Below are positions 1 to 9,220 of a DNA stretch of 17,318 bases, in pieces (the first letter of the stretch is position 1; each line of letters starts with the position of its first letter). The notes beneath the pieces were generated by a model. The model worked only from the letters and a program-made list of their open reading frames with translations, did not search any database and was not told the origin of the DNA. Position numbers and translations under genes: made by a program. The DNA comes from Paraspadella gotoi (lineage: Eukaryota; Animalia; Chaetognatha), in contig CM119263.1 of NCBI GenBank assembly GCA_051294375.1, forward strand, positions 3,476,076 through 3,493,393. The letters are read 5' to 3'.

Positions 1-20
1 GTTTCGTTTGTCCATTGCAA

Positions 21-70
21 ATCCGATTGGCTGAAAAGTCACTTAAATTGTAGGGTCGTGATTGGCTCCT
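21..70 (-). promoter_or_regulatory. Tandem CCAAT (NF-Y-type) boxes
   Basis: CCGATTGGCTG and TGATTGGCTC (ATTGG at 26 and 61), i.e. CAGCCAATCGG and GAGCCAATCA on the minus strand, match the extended NF-Y consensus. Both are retained in copy B (7168, 7207). No linked gene identified. Confidence 0.35.
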
Positions 71-631
71 TTTAAGTCTTCACGTTCGAGCGACATAATT
101 CTTTCGTTTTCACGGTCGGTGATTCCTTCACGAAGAGCGAAGGTTCTACATCACACTCGAACCAAATTCGTGACATATTCTGTCGGAATTTTCAATGAGC
201 AAAAAGTCGCGAATCCCAATGAAGCTTTTTTTTTGTTCTTTTCTGTTTTTTTTTCTGTCTCAAGAGAGAGAGAAGGAGATGAGGGAAACAGAGGAGAAAA
301 GAGGAATAGAGAGAGAGTGATGCAGGACGGCAGGAAGATGGAGAGCGAGAGGCTGGGAGATGGAAAGGGAGAGAAAAAAAGGAGAGAGGAAGGATAACTA
401 TTTAAAAATATTCTAGAGTAATAAGAAACAAAGACGACTATAAGCTTATTTATTTATAATCTCTGTAGAATTAAGTTCTTTCCAAGTTTGGTCGTGTGTT
501 TAAATGTGTTAGACCAAAAAAGGAAGTGTGGGTACGGGTCACAGTGGCGCCGTCTGATTCCACCAAGGCAGAGAAGAACGCCGCTCAAATCTCTCACTTT
601 GACTTTTTTGATCTCGTGAAAAATCGGCGTC

Positions 632-706
632 ATCTTTATGGCGCCGCCCGTCGTGAAGAGACGCGGCGACGCCGGCGCCAAAGAGGTCACGTGACACGGG
701 GCGCCT
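632..706. promoter_or_regulatory. CpG-rich hairpin with GGCGCC motifs plus palindromic E-box GTCACGTGAC
   Basis: TCTTT(A)TGGCGCCG (~632-647) pairs with CGGCGCCAAAGA (~673-684). A perfect 10-bp palindrome GTCACGTGAC lies at 686-695. Motif match only. Confidence 0.3.
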
Positions 707-1230
707 TTTTTTCTACAGCGTCAACGTTTGTTAAGTTTTCTGGAGTTTTAATGAAATAAACAAAAACACTACATTCATATTGTTCAAAATTGCTTTAGCA
801 TTCATGCATAGAAAATTTTAAANNNNNNNNNNNNNNNNNNNNNNNNNNNNNNNNNNNNNNNNNNNNNNNNNNNNNNNNNNNNNNNNNNNNNNNNNNNNNN
901 NNNNNNNNNNNNNNNNNNNNNNNNNNNNNNNNNNNNNNNNNNNNNNNNNNNNNNNNNNNNNNNNNNNNNNNNNNNNNNNNNNNNNNNNNNNNNNNNNNNN
1001 NNNNNNNNNNNNNNNNNNNNNNNNNNNNNNNNNNNNNNNNNNNNNNNNNNNNNNNNNNNNNNNNNNNNNNNNNNNNNNNNNNNNNNNNNNNNNNNNNNNN
1101 NNNNNAGAGAGAGAGAGAGAGAGGCGACGCTTTCCGTCACGTGCGACGAACGCGTACCACGACCGCACATGCAAGTGACACGCGTTGTCGACAAATAAAA
1201 GGTCGTTATGGGATTTAGAAAATAAAAGTA

Positions 1231-1243
1231 TTTTGGCGGGAAA
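1231..1243 (+). promoter_or_regulatory. E2F-consensus site TTTTGGCGGGAAA
   Basis: Matches the established E2F/DP motif. An exact 13-bp inverted copy, TTTCCCGCCAAAA, is at 3267-3279. Confidence 0.3.
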
Positions 1244-2520
1244 AAGTTTTTTTTAGTGATACTTAAGTTTATTGTGTCATCGACGATGATTAAAGTCGAA
1301 TTTCAAAAGCCAAGATGTCATCATTTATGATAAAAGTCGGAGTTTAATTGATTAAAGAGGTGATTAGTTTATTTATTTTTTAAAGGGAATTTGTNNNNNN
1401 NNNNNNNNNNNNNNNNNNNNNNNNNNNNNNNNNNNNNNNNNNNNNNNNNNNNNNNNNNNNNNNNNNNNNNNNNNNNNNNNNNNNNNNNNNNNNNNNNNNN
1501 NNNNNNNNNNNNNNNNNNNNNNNNNNNNNNNNNNNNNNNNNNNNNNNNNNNNNNNNNNNNNNNNNNNNNNNNNNNNNNNNNNNNNNNNNNNNNNNNNNNN
1601 NNNNNNNNNNNNNNNNNNNNNNNNNNNNNNNNNNNNNNNNNNNNNNNNNNNNNNNNNNNNNNNNNNNNNNNNNNNNNNNNNNNNNNNNNNNNNNNNNNNN
1701 NNNNNNNNNNNNNNNNNNNNNNNNNNNNNNNNNNNNNNNNNNNNNNNNNNNNNNNNNNNNNNNNNNNNNNNNNNNNNNNNNNNNNNNNNNNNNNNNNNNN
1801 NNNNNNNNNNNNNNNNNNNNNNNNNNNNNNNNNNNNNNNNNNNNNNNNNNNNNNNNNNNNNNNNNNNNNNNNNNNNNNNNNNNNNNNNNNNNNNNNNNNN
1901 NNNNNNNNNNNNNNNNNNNNNNNNNNNNNNNNNNNNNNNNNNNNNNNNNNNNNNNNNNNNNNNNNNNNNNNNNNNNNNNNNNNNNNNNNNNNNNNNNNNN
2001 NNNNNNNNNNNNNNNNNNNNNNNNNNNNNNNNNNNNNNNNNNNNNNNNNNNNNNNNNNNNNNNNNNNNNNNNNNNNNNNNNNNNNNNNNNNNNNNNNNNN
2101 NNNNNNNNNNNNNNNNNNNNNNNNNNNNNNNNNNNNNNNNNNNNNNNNNNNNNNNNNNNNNNNNNNNNNNNNNNNNNNNNNNNNNNNNNNNNNNNNNNGA
2201 GAGAGAAAGAGAGTTATGGCGACATAGATTTTTCCGCTTTAATCCTTCTCTTCAAGCAAAAATCCTTTTCTGGTTGAGACGAGAATTTTCTAGACGATGC
2301 GACGCCTTTGGTGGACGTCAGGCGTTGTTGGCGTCATCGTCGTCGTCGTCGTCGTCACCATCGTCGTCGCCGTTTTTTACCATAATTTTCCCTTTTGTCT
2401 TTGTCTTTTATTAATTGTAACAGATGTCGTTAAAGTTATTTCTCCGACTACGAATCCATTTTTCTTTCGCACCTTAATTGTTATCGTCGTCATATTCGTT
2501 TACGGTTCCATTACGATTAT

Positions 2521-2870
2521 CGTCGTCGTCGTCGTCGTCGTCGTCGTCTCTCACCAACCCTCTTCACACTCACAATTATCGTGAACCGCAATTCACTCAT
2601 TTTCCACTCGAGCGAAACCGACGCTGGCGCCGGCGGCGATGGACGTTTGTCGGTCTTTCGGTCTGTCTGTCCGTCCGTACGGCGCAGGAGACGTCTTTGT
2701 TTTGGTCGTCGTCGTCGTCGTCGTCGTCGTCATCATCGTCATCGTCGTCCAACAGCCGCCATCTATCAATTAGGATCAAAGCCATTAAGCGCCGACTCCG
2801 TATGTTATGACGTTACATAAATCCCCACATCCGGGGAGACGAATGGTTAAAACGGAGAATTCGTAAACCG

Positions 2871-2907
<37 letters not shown>
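2521..2907. repeat. (GTC)n tracts at ~2521-2547 and ~2705-2749 and a (GAC)n tract at ~2871-2906
   Basis: Pure trinucleotide runs visible directly. Their orientation flips at ~2810. Confidence 0.95.
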
Positions 2908-3300
2908 TTGATAACGAATTATAATCTCGATTTAACGAAGTTTTCGTTTGTTGAGGCTTTGGGGCTGTTGGGCGAGGTTGTGAAAAAGAAGGCGTGGATA
3001 GAAGGGTAGAACAGTGAGATGTGCGTTCGGTCACGGGTGGTTGAAAAGCTATTGCAATTTGCAATGGGCATAATTGCAGAATGATGGTCAAATTTTACTG
3101 TGGACGCAGTTTATCATTCAATCTTTGATGAAAACGATGACGATGACGATTACACAGATGACAACAATGACGATAACGACGAATAAATCAATGAAGAAGA
3201 CGATGACGGTGACGACGAAGACGACGATGACGACGAAGACAAAGACGACGGTCCTAATGACGAAAATTTCCCGCCAAAAATCATTTCTCTCTCCGCGTGA
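2908..3300 (+). pseudogene. Possible interrupted or error-laden coding fragment with an Asp/Glu-rich tail; family unknown
   Basis: One frame reads LITNYNLDLTKFSFVEALGLLGEVVKKKAWIEG*NSEMCVRSRVVEKLLQFAMGIIAE*WSNFTVDAVYHSIFDENDDDDDYTDDNNDDNDE*INEEDDDGDDEDDDDDEDKDDGPNDENFPPKIISLSA*, with stops at 3007, 3082, 3184 and 3298. The acidic tract mixes GAC/GAT/GAA/AAC codons rather than being a pure repeat. No homology recognised. The second copy lies at ~9924-10313. Confidence 0.25.
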
Positions 3301-3759
3301 AACGAGAAGCGAATGGACGACGTCAACATTTCTCACGAGTTTTGAATTTTCTTGTTTTTGTTTTGTTCCTCGTGATTTTTTCTTTTTTTTTTAAACTCTA
3401 GATATTATCTTATTGTTTTGTCTTTTTTAATATCCACTTTTGTTTTCCAGACTCGTGGCGCCATCTGCGCGTTTCGTCCTGAGGCGGCGCCTGGCGGNNN
3501 NNNNNNNNNNNNNNNNNNNNNNNNNNNNNNNNNNNNNNNNNNNNNNNNNNNNNNNNNNNNNNNNNNNNNNNNNNNNNNNNNNNNNNNNNNNNNNNNNNNN
3601 NNNNNNNNNNNNNNNNNNNNNNNNNNNNNNNNNNNNNNNNNNNNNNNNNNNNNNNNNNNNNNNNNNNNNNNNNNNNNNNNNNNNNNNNNNNNNNNNNNNN
3701 NNNNNNNNNNNNNNNNNNNNNNNNNNNNNNNNNNNNNNNNNNNNNNNNNNNNNNNNNNN

Positions 3760-3825
3760 CGCCGACGGCCGACGCCCGACGCCCGACAACGACAACCGAC
3801 GACCGACAACAGACGCCTGACGCCA
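3760..3825 (+). repeat. Degenerate ~7-bp tandem repeat (CGACGCC/CGACAAC-like)
   Basis: CGCCGACGGCCGACGCCCGACGCCCGACAACGACAACCGACGACCGACAAC; counterpart at ~10757-10850. Confidence 0.7.
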
Positions 3826-4298
3826 TCTATCGTCGTTTCAATTTCAAACGCGGGAAATAAAATTCGTGAAACTTAGAAAAAAAATCAGAAAAAATGGAGA
3901 GACATAAAAGTTGAGAAAAGACGAAGAGACAAAGAAAAATCGAAAGAAATAAAAATTTTGAGATTTCGGGAGACAAAAATGGAATTGAGTCGAGGGTGGC
4001 GCCGGGTGGCGCCGGCATGGAACCATCATCATTAAGCGGCGCTCTTTTTTTATCGCCCTGGNNNNNNNNNNNNNNNNNNNNNNNNNNNNNNNNNNNNNNN
4101 NNNNNNNNNNNNNNNNNNNNNNNNNNNNNNNNNNNNNNNNNNNNNNNNNNNNNNNNNNNNNNNNNNNNNNNNNNNNNNNNNNNNNNNNNNNNNNNNNNNN
4201 NNNNNNNNNNNNNNNNNNNNNNNNNNNNNNNNNNNNNNNNNNNNNCCTCTCCCTTCTCCAGGGTCAGCGACGCCGACGAAAAAGAAGATGAAACGAGA

Positions 4299-4348
4299 AG
4301 ATGAGATGAGAAGATGAGATGAGATCAAAGATTCAACTCAAGATGAAT

Positions 4349-4383
<35 letters not shown>
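4299..4383 (+). repeat. (GATGA)n short repeat followed by a (GTC)n microsatellite
   Basis: AGATGAGATGAGAAGATGAGATGAGATC at ~4299-4326, and a CGT run from 4350 into the gap at 4384. Confidence 0.9.
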
Positions 4384-5111
4384 NNNNNNNNNNNNNNNNN
4401 NNNNNNNNNNNNNNNNNNNNNNNNNNNNNNNNNNNNNNNNNNNNNNNNNNNNNNNNNNNNNNNNNNNNNNNNNNNNNNNNNNNNNNNNNNNNNNNNNNNN
4501 NNNNNNNNNNNNNNNNNNNNNNNNNNNNNNNNNNNNNNNNNNNNNNNNNNNNNNNNNNNNNNNNNNNNNNNNNNNNNNNNNNNNNNNNNNNNNNNNNNNN
4601 NNNNNNNNNNNNNNNNNNNNNNNNNNNNNNNNNNNNNNNNNNNNNNNNNNNNNNNNNNNNNNNNNNNNNNNNNNNNNNNNNNNNNNNNNNNNNNNNNNNN
4701 NNNNNNNNNNNNNNNNNNNNNNNNNNNNNNNNNNNNNNNNNNNNNNNNNNNNNNNNNNNNNNNNNNNNNNNNNNNNNNNTTTCTAGGCGGGGTGAACCTA
4801 GGCAATGCCCGACTACAAAACTAGGGAAGTTTAAGTCAAAGTAATAGTATGCAAAATAATAAAAAGCGAGAGTCCCACAAAAATTGTGAAAATTCCACTT
4901 TCACGGTTTTAGTGAAACTTTGGTAATCTTTTGAAGAAGATGAACGACATTTCACTTTTTTCACTGAAAAGTGAATAAAGAAAAGACGAAGAATATGAAA
5001 TAAAGATGGCGCTGATATGAGGGAGGAAGAGGAGGAAGAGGAGAAGGAGGAGGAGGAAACGTTCATAAACAGTCTTTTACGATTGACGCGATACAATGAT
5101 AAATAAAGTAA

Positions 5112-5116
<5 letters not shown>

Positions 5117-5165
<49 letters not shown>

Positions 5166-5257
5166 GAGAGAGAAATAAAAACAAACGAGAAAAGAATAAG
5201 ATAAAAATGAGGAAAAAAGAAAAGGAAAAGAAAGAAAGAAAAGAAAAGAAAAGAAAA
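5117..5257 (+). repeat. (GA)n microsatellite and GAAAA-rich polypurine tract
   Basis: Near-perfect AG run at 5117-5172, then A/G-rich low-complexity sequence. Confidence 0.95.
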
Positions 5258-5937
5258 GCGAGCCGGCCCGCTGGGTCCCGGGGAATAAAGACGTTAGCAG
5301 AATAACTTAACAACTCGCGGGTTAAAGAGGCGTGACGCGCGCGGGTTCAGCCGGGGACTTGGGCGCTCCGGTTGGGAGAGGGGGAGGGCAAATGCCGTTC
5401 AGTGACCACCCTCCGCCCACCACCATCCCATTAAGGGGTGAGGGCCGTGGTGCCGAGCCATTCCCGTTCGGTCGTCTTCGTCCGTCGTCAGTCGGTTCGG
5501 TCCCTCGTCCGTCGCGGGAATCCTTCTCGCCTGCATTTTTCTCGGAATAACAAAAAATTCACATTCATTATTGGTTTTCCGGGAAGAAGAAGAAATGTGA
5601 AAAAAAAAAAAACTCGAGTTCATTTATGTCTGCTGAGCGACGTCTGTGAGAAGCCGTGGGGATGAGCAGAACATTCAGTCTTCCTCATCTCTTCTTCTCT
5701 TCTCTCTTTCCTACTCTCTCCCCTCTCTCTCTCTCTTCTTCTCTCTCCTCCTCTTCTCTCTCTATCTTTTTCTCTCTCTCTCCTCCTCTCTCTACAGAGA
5801 AAACAGCATTTTTCCTTTGTCGAAAAAAAAAAAATTGACCGTTTAGGGTGAAATTACTCACATAAATTTTTAAAAAAAAGTTAAGATAATCGAACCTTTT
5901 TTATTCCGATGTGACGGAAAAAATTACATAAAGCGGC

Positions 5938-6100
5938 GGAGAACCGGAGGTTCTAGAATACCGAAAGACGGGCCGAGTGTAGAATGAGGAAGAACGCCGG
6001 GAAGAAGTTTTAGAATGGAGAAAGAACGGGAAGTTTAGAATGAGGAAGAACCGGGAGTTTAGATGAGGGAAGAACGGGGGGTTATAGAATTTAGGGAAGG
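5938..6100 (+). repeat. Minisatellite, ~24-25 bp unit (consensus ~TAGAATGAGGAAGAACCGGGAGTT), about 6 copies
   Basis: TAGA(A)T starts at 5954, 5980, 6011, 6036, 6060 and 6085 (periods 26, 31, 25, 24, 25). Most units continue with GAGGAAGAAC(C)GGG-like sequence. Confidence 0.85.
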
Positions 6101-6316
6101 CCAACATATTAAAACACGAAAAACTCCTTTCAAAATCATAATCGTTCAGAGAAGGAAGAAAAAACATTTGACAGCGATGGTTGGGGTCAGGGGGAATCGG
6201 GGGGGCGTCGGGGCGGAAATTTTGAGAGTAGTAATTTTGCTAATAATTTTTATTTTCAAACTATTTTGTTGGAGAAAGAAGGTGGAGGTGCGATTATAAA
6301 GTAAATTTAAGAAAGT

Positions 6317-6386
<70 letters not shown>

Positions 6387-6601
6387 CTCTCTCTCTCTCT
6401 CTTATTTTTTCCCCATCTTCAGCGCGCTTTTAAAAGCGGGAAAAAAAGTGCGAATAAATCGGACATAAACTAAATCAGACAGACGGTTAGAAGCGGGTAA
6501 AAGCGGTAAACATACAAAAGCGGTTGAGTACTATTGGGAGTCGTGAAAGGAAGTTTAGCGTGATGACGACAACCGGCAGAGAGAAGAGAGAGAGGAGAGA
6601 G

Positions 6602-6645
<44 letters not shown>

Positions 6646-7062
6646 GCAGAAGAGAGAGGGAGGAATCGAAAAGGGTTTTTTTTTTTTTTTCTTTTCCTTT
6701 TTTCGTTTTTTTTTTTCCCCAAGGGGGGGGTTCGTCGATGAAAAAGGGAAACAACCGTAAAGACGTTGATGCGAGAGAGAGAGAGAGAGGAGAGGAGAGA
6801 GAGGATGAGAGAGAGAAGAGAGAGACCGAGAGAGAGGAGGAGGAGGAGAAAGAGAGAGAGAGAGAGGAAGAGGTAGGAGTGGGTTTCATAGGGCCCGATG
6901 TGCTTTTGTCGCGATTTACGATAGTGACTTTAATATTTGCGATGTTATAAAAGGTTTGAAATCATAAGGTTTTCGAGATTTTAGATTAGAAATCTCCCTC
7001 TCTCAATCTTCTTCTCTCTCTTCCTCTCTCATCTCTCTCTCTCTCTCTCTCTCTCTTCTCGT
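6317..7062. repeat. Cluster of (TC)n and (GA)n microsatellites
   Basis: TC at ~6317-6400, GA at ~6578-6663 and ~6773-6871, TC at ~6993-7066, with poly-T at ~6676-6716. Confidence 0.9.
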
Positions 7063-8275
7063 CTCTTTTTGTAACGGAGACCAGAGTATCATGCACAGAA
7101 CAAGCAATGCAAAAAAAAATAACACATAGTTTTTCGTCCAATGTTTCCGTTTGTCCCTTGCATCCCGATTGGCTGACAAAGTCACTATAAAATTTCAGGG
7201 TCGTCGATTGGCTCCTTTTAAGTCTTCACTTCGAGCGACTAATCTCCGTCTCGTTTTCACGTGTCAGGTGATCCTTTCACGCAAGAGCGAGTTCTACTCA
7301 CACTCGAACCAAATTCGTGACACTATCTGTTCGGGAATTTTCAATGAGCAAAAGATCTGCCGAAATGCCCAATTAAGCTTTTTTTTTTGTTCTTTTCTGT
7401 TTTTTTCTGTCTCAAGAGAGAAGAGAAGGAGCATGAGGGGAAACAGAGCGAGAAAAGAGGAATTAGAGAGAGAGTGATGCAGGACCGGCAGGCAAGATGG
7501 AGAGCGAGAGGCTGGGAAGATGGAAAGGGAGAGAAAAAAGGAGAGGGAAGGATACTTTACAAAAATTCTAGAGTAATAGAGAAACAAAGACGAGATATAA
7601 GCTAATTTTTTATAATCCTGAACAATTCAAAGTTCTTCAAGATTGTGGGTCGATTGTGTTTAAATTAGTGTTGAGACCAAAAAAAAAAGTGTGGGTTTGG
7701 GTCACGTTGGCGCCGTCTGATTCCACCGAAGGGCAGAGAGAACGCCGCTCAAAATCTCTCACTTTTGACTTTTTTCATCTCGTCAAAATCGGGCGTCATC
7801 CTTTTCGGCGCCGCCCGTGGAAGAAGACGCGCGACGGGGCCGGCGCCAAAGAGGTCACGTAGACACGCGGGCGCCTTTTTTTCTTCAGCGTCAACGTTTG
7901 TTTAAGTTTCCTGGATTTAATAAACTAAACAAAAACACTACATTCATATTGTTCACATTGCATTTAGCATTCATGCATAAAAATTTAACCTAGACTCCAC
8001 CCTTAAACCTGTTTGTATTATTCACCACCCACACCCATTCCATTATCTTGCTAATCTCTAATACCTCCTCGCTTCTTACCACCCCTTCTGCTTCACACTC
8101 CAACCCTTCCCGCCTTCCATTTTGATTCTTTTCTTCGTCAAGTAAAAATAATGAGTATTCCCCGGCAGAGAGAGAGAGAGAGGAGACGCGAGAATGGGGA
8201 GAGCGGTGGGGGTGAGAGGAAGAGCGCGGGCGAGAGGATGAGAGAGAGAGGAGAGAAGAGAAGAAGAGAGGAGAG

Positions 8276-8311
<36 letters not shown>

Positions 8312-8798
8312 CGAGGAGAGAGAGAGAGAAGAGAGAGAGAGCACGAGAGAGAGAAGGCGACCGCGTTTCCCGTCCACGTGCGACGAACGCGTACCCGAAC
8401 CGCACATGCAGTGACCACGCGTTGTCGAAAAAAAAGGGTCTCGTTAAGGGATTTATAAAATAGTATTTTGGCGTGGGAAAAATTTTTTTTAGTTGAATAC
8501 TTAAGTTTTTATTGTGTCATCGACGATGATTAAAGTTCGAAATTTCAAAAGCCAAATGTCATCATTTATGATAAAAAGTCGGAGCTTTAATTGATTAAAG
8601 AGGTGATTTAGTTTATTATTTTTTTAAAGGAATTGTGAATTTCTATGTTTCAATCAACGTTCTTTTTTTTTTTCAATCTTTTTTTTAATTTGTTGAAAAA
8701 AAAGTGAAAAGGAGATGAAGTTGATTCAACTCGAATGTCAGCTTTGACGTTTATATATTTGATCGATCTCTCTTCACTGAGGGTATTTTAAAAAGAAG

Positions 8799-8802
<4 letters not shown>

Positions 8803-8894
<92 letters not shown>

Positions 8895-9176
8895 TCTCTA
8901 TAAGCGATTTTTTTCCGACTCATTTTCTCTCTTCCGATTTGTTTTGACACTCTCCCCTTTTTCTGCTTCATCATTTCATTTCGCAATTTCAGTCGCACGT
9001 TCGCACACGCAGATTTGCACGGCGCAGTGCGGCGGGGCCGCCGGGTTCTTTTCAAAAAGGCGGCGTCGACGTGTCGCTTCACTCGATTCATTTGACCGCC
9101 GGTTTTTGTTGTGTGTTTGAGGAAGAGAGAGAGGAGAGAAGAGAGAGGGAGAGAGCGAGAGAGAGATGCAGAGGAG

Positions 9177-9207
<31 letters not shown>

Positions 9208-9220
9208 CGGAGAGAGAGAA
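8803..9220. repeat. (TC)n tract, CpG-rich core, then (GA)n tract
   Basis: TC at ~8800-8898, GC-rich at ~8980-9102, GA at ~9119-9220. Corresponds to the 1395-2198 N gap of copy A. Confidence 0.85.

Larger units (their letters stand above)
1..5336 (+). repeat. Copy A of a large direct duplication (gapped copy; may extend left of the window)
   Basis: Collinear matches to 7143-13585. Examples: CCGATTGGCTGA at 23 and 7165; GTGTCATCGACGATGATTAAAGT at ~1274 and ~8514; TTCCCGCCAAAAATCATTTCTCTCTCCGCGTGAAACGAG at ~3268 and ~10281; GATGAGATCAAAGATTCAACTCAAGATG at ~4318 and ~11320; AAGACGTTAGCAGAAT at ~5288 and ~13529. Boundaries are approximate. Confidence 0.95.

Noticed and set aside
2597-2785. Minus-strand poly-Asp ORF (62 aa) and overlapping poly-S/V/R/T ORFs
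   Set aside because: Driven by the (GTC)n microsatellite. The frame is not preserved in copy B and no domain is recognisable.
2940-3090. Assignment of the reconstructed Cys/His peptide to a Merlin/IS1595 transposase zinc ribbon or a viral protein
   Set aside because: The resemblance is only impressionistic, depends on my own frameshift edits, and no DDE domain or viral hallmark gene is present.
2908-3300. Alternative genetic code or stop-codon readthrough explaining the interrupted frame
   Set aside because: All three stop types occur once each and the two copies differ by many indels, so error or decay is the simpler explanation.
5938-6100. Possible CRISPR array
   Set aside because: Units are contiguous with no unique spacers, there are no cas genes, and the context is eukaryote-like.
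7990-8150. C-rich, G-poor strand-skewed stretch in copy B
   Set aside because: No periodicity or telomere-like unit. It lies within a filled gap and may be low-quality read sequence.
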